From NCBI GenBank assembly GCA_964652335.1, contig CAZZDL010000010.1, positions 1-29,291 on the forward strand: a DNA stretch of 29,291 nt, read 5' to 3'. How positions within the stretch are numbered: position 1 is the stretch's first letter; the number at the start of each line of letters is the position of its first letter. Below are positions 27,990 to 29,291 of this stretch, piece by piece. The notes beneath the pieces were generated by a model that was not told where the DNA came from, did not search any database, and worked only from the letters and a program-made list of their open reading frames with translations. The position numbers were made by a program, and so were the translations under genes. This DNA is from Candidatus Micrarchaeota archaeon. GTDB lineage: Archaea; B1Sed10-29; WALL01; WAMD01.

Positions 27990-28466
27990 TCATCTAAAGC
28001 TCTTCTGGAATCTTGCTCTTGCACCCTTTCTCATGTATTTCTTTGGTTCTTTCCTTCTTATGTCATCTACGAGTATTGACCTATCGTAATTTAAGTATGC
28101 ATTTTTCAGATCTTCACTCTCTGTGATTTTTACTATACCCTTAGCAACAGCAACCTTTACTGCTTCAGCCTGCCCCATGAATCCTCCGCCTTGAACATTG
28201 ACGTCTATGTCAAGGTTGTTTATGACCTTTTCTCCAAGAACGTCAGATGCTATCCATACAGGTAGGAGCATTTCCTTTCTTGCGATTTCAGGTTCTATCA
28301 AATCAACCTTCTTTTTATTTACTCTGTATTCTCCATTTCCCTTTACTATCTTTATCCTTGCTCTGGCTACAGCTGATTTCTTTTTACCTTTTGTTAGCAC
28401 AATTTTTTCCTTCTTTTTTGTTTTTGTTGATTTAGTCCCAGTTTTCTTAGTTGTTTTTCTCACCAT
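27990..28466 (-). CDS. rps9: 30S ribosomal protein S9 with Lys/Thr-rich N-terminal extension
   Basis: GKKKSAVARA, VQGGGFMGQAEA, YDRSILVDD, GARARFQKSFR. Confidence 0.97.
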   Translation of the reverse strand: MVRKTTKKTGTKSTKTKKKEKIVLTKGKKKSAVARARIKIVKGNGEYRVNKKKVDLIEPEIARKEMLLPVWIASDVLGEKVINNLDIDVNVQGGGFMGQAEAVKVAVAKGIVKITESEDLKNAYLNYDRSILVDDIRRKEPKKYMRKGARARFQKSFR

Positions 28467-28471
28467 TTAGA

Positions 28472-28888
28472 TCACCCTTTCCAACCAAGCATTTTTGCTA
28501 GCTCTTCAACAGTGATATAATCCCCTTTATACAGGTTTGTCTTAATCTTGGTTACATCTTTGTAGTCCTCAGGAGACCCAATAAATACTCTAAGGTTTCT
28601 GAGAAGGTTTCTTCCTCTGTTTGTTTTTGGGAGCATTCCCCTTATTGTTCTTCTCACGAGGAGATCAGGTCTTCTTGGGAATTTTGGCCCCTTTCTTGGA
28701 TTTGCAATGTCTGCTCTGTCTACCCTTTGCTTGTATTTTTTGAATATGTAGTCCTTGTTCCCTGATATAATTGCCTTTTCAGCGTTTATTACTACCACCT
28801 TTTCACCCTTCACTAACTCTTTTGCTGCCCTTGTAGCTAGCCTTCCGAGAATAGTATTTGTTGCATCAATGACTATCATCCTCATCAC
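28472..28888 (-). CDS. rpl13: 50S ribosomal protein L13
   Basis: IDATNTILGRLA, INAEKAIISG, RRTIRGMLP; the start may be 28885 or 28879. Confidence 0.97.
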   Translation of the reverse strand: MMRMIVIDATNTILGRLATRAAKELVKGEKVVVINAEKAIISGNKDYIFKKYKQRVDRADIANPRKGPKFPRRPDLLVRRTIRGMLPKTNRGRNLLRNLRVFIGSPEDYKDVTKIKTNLYKGDYITVEELAKMLGWKG

Positions 28889-29235
28889 CCTATAATTTTC
28901 ACCTTCTTACCTTCTGGATTCTTTTCAGCTATCTCTTCAAGGGATAAACATTTTCCACCAGCCTTTTCAATTTTTTCTTTGGCTGTATTTGAGAACCATA
29001 CAGCACCAACTGTCACTGGATGATCTATATCTCCGTTTCCCAGCACTTTTCCTGGAACTACAATTGTGTCGCCCTTTTCTGTCATGGCATTTATCTTCCC
29101 AATATTTACCTCAGCTAACCTTTGCCTAGGTCTGGTTATTCTCCATGCTATGTCTTTCCAGACCTTCCCTGGCTTCTTCCCAATTTTTCTTGATATATAC
29201 TCTCTCATTTTTGGTTTTTTCTTATGTAATACCAT
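28885..29235 (-). CDS. rpl18e: 50S ribosomal protein L18e
   Basis: VWKDIA, EVNIGKIN, VVPGKVLGNG, FSNTAKEKIEKAGG, NPEG. Confidence 0.97.
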   Translation of the reverse strand: MVLHKKKPKMREYISRKIGKKPGKVWKDIAWRITRPRQRLAEVNIGKINAMTEKGDTIVVPGKVLGNGDIDHPVTVGAVWFSNTAKEKIEKAGGKCLSLEEIAEKNPEGKKVKIIG

Positions 29236-29274
29236 TTTAACTCCTCCTTACGCTCTTCACTCGGAGAGGAGAGC

Positions 29275-29291
29275 CGATACGTCGGCTCGCG
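29275..29291. repeat. 17-bp direct repeat, copy 2, inside the perfect hairpin GAGCCGA-TACG-TCGGCTC (29271-29288)
   Basis: Identical to 26-42; runs to the last base of the window. Confidence 0.95.

Noticed and set aside
1..29291. CRISPR array, transposase, integrase, rRNA or stop-codon recoding
   Set aside because: There are no regularly spaced repeats or mobile-element motifs, and all conserved genes read through intact with the standard code.

Overview
Core-genome segment of an archaeon. It is AT-rich with Lys/Glu-rich proteins and GC-rich tRNAs; a thermophilic, DPANN-like organism is my inference. Most genes are on the minus strand. One near-continuous ~18.8 kb run goes rpl18e-rpl13-rps9-rpoN-tRNA(Pro)-rps2-MEMO1-tRNA(Gln)-rpl7ae-rps28e-rpl24e-ndk-aIF5B-rps6e-aIF2gamma-PIN-rpoE'-spt4-DPCK-rps24e-rps27ae and continues directly into an A/V-type ATPase operon (H,I,K,E,C,F,A,B,D). 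Further left are a KaiC/RAD55-like ATPase, carS plus an archaeosortase-like gene, Hel308, NAC, an FKBP, psmB, aCPSF1, a Zn-ribbon microprotein, DTD2 and tRNA(Leu). I found no mobile genes, CRISPR or rRNA. The notable signals are non-coding: (1) a 17-bp direct repeat at both window ends whose joining would put tRNA-Leu in front of rpl18e; (2) two kink-turn candidates covering the Shine-Dalgarno (SD) sites of rpl7ae and aIF5B; (3) a 24-nt intron with a strict bulge-helix-bulge (BHB) motif in the T-loop of tRNA-Pro; (4) two decayed copies of the tRNA-Gln 3' end folded into a hairpin. Three small ORFs are missing from the ORF track: rps27ae, the Zn-ribbon protein and a 40-aa membrane peptide.
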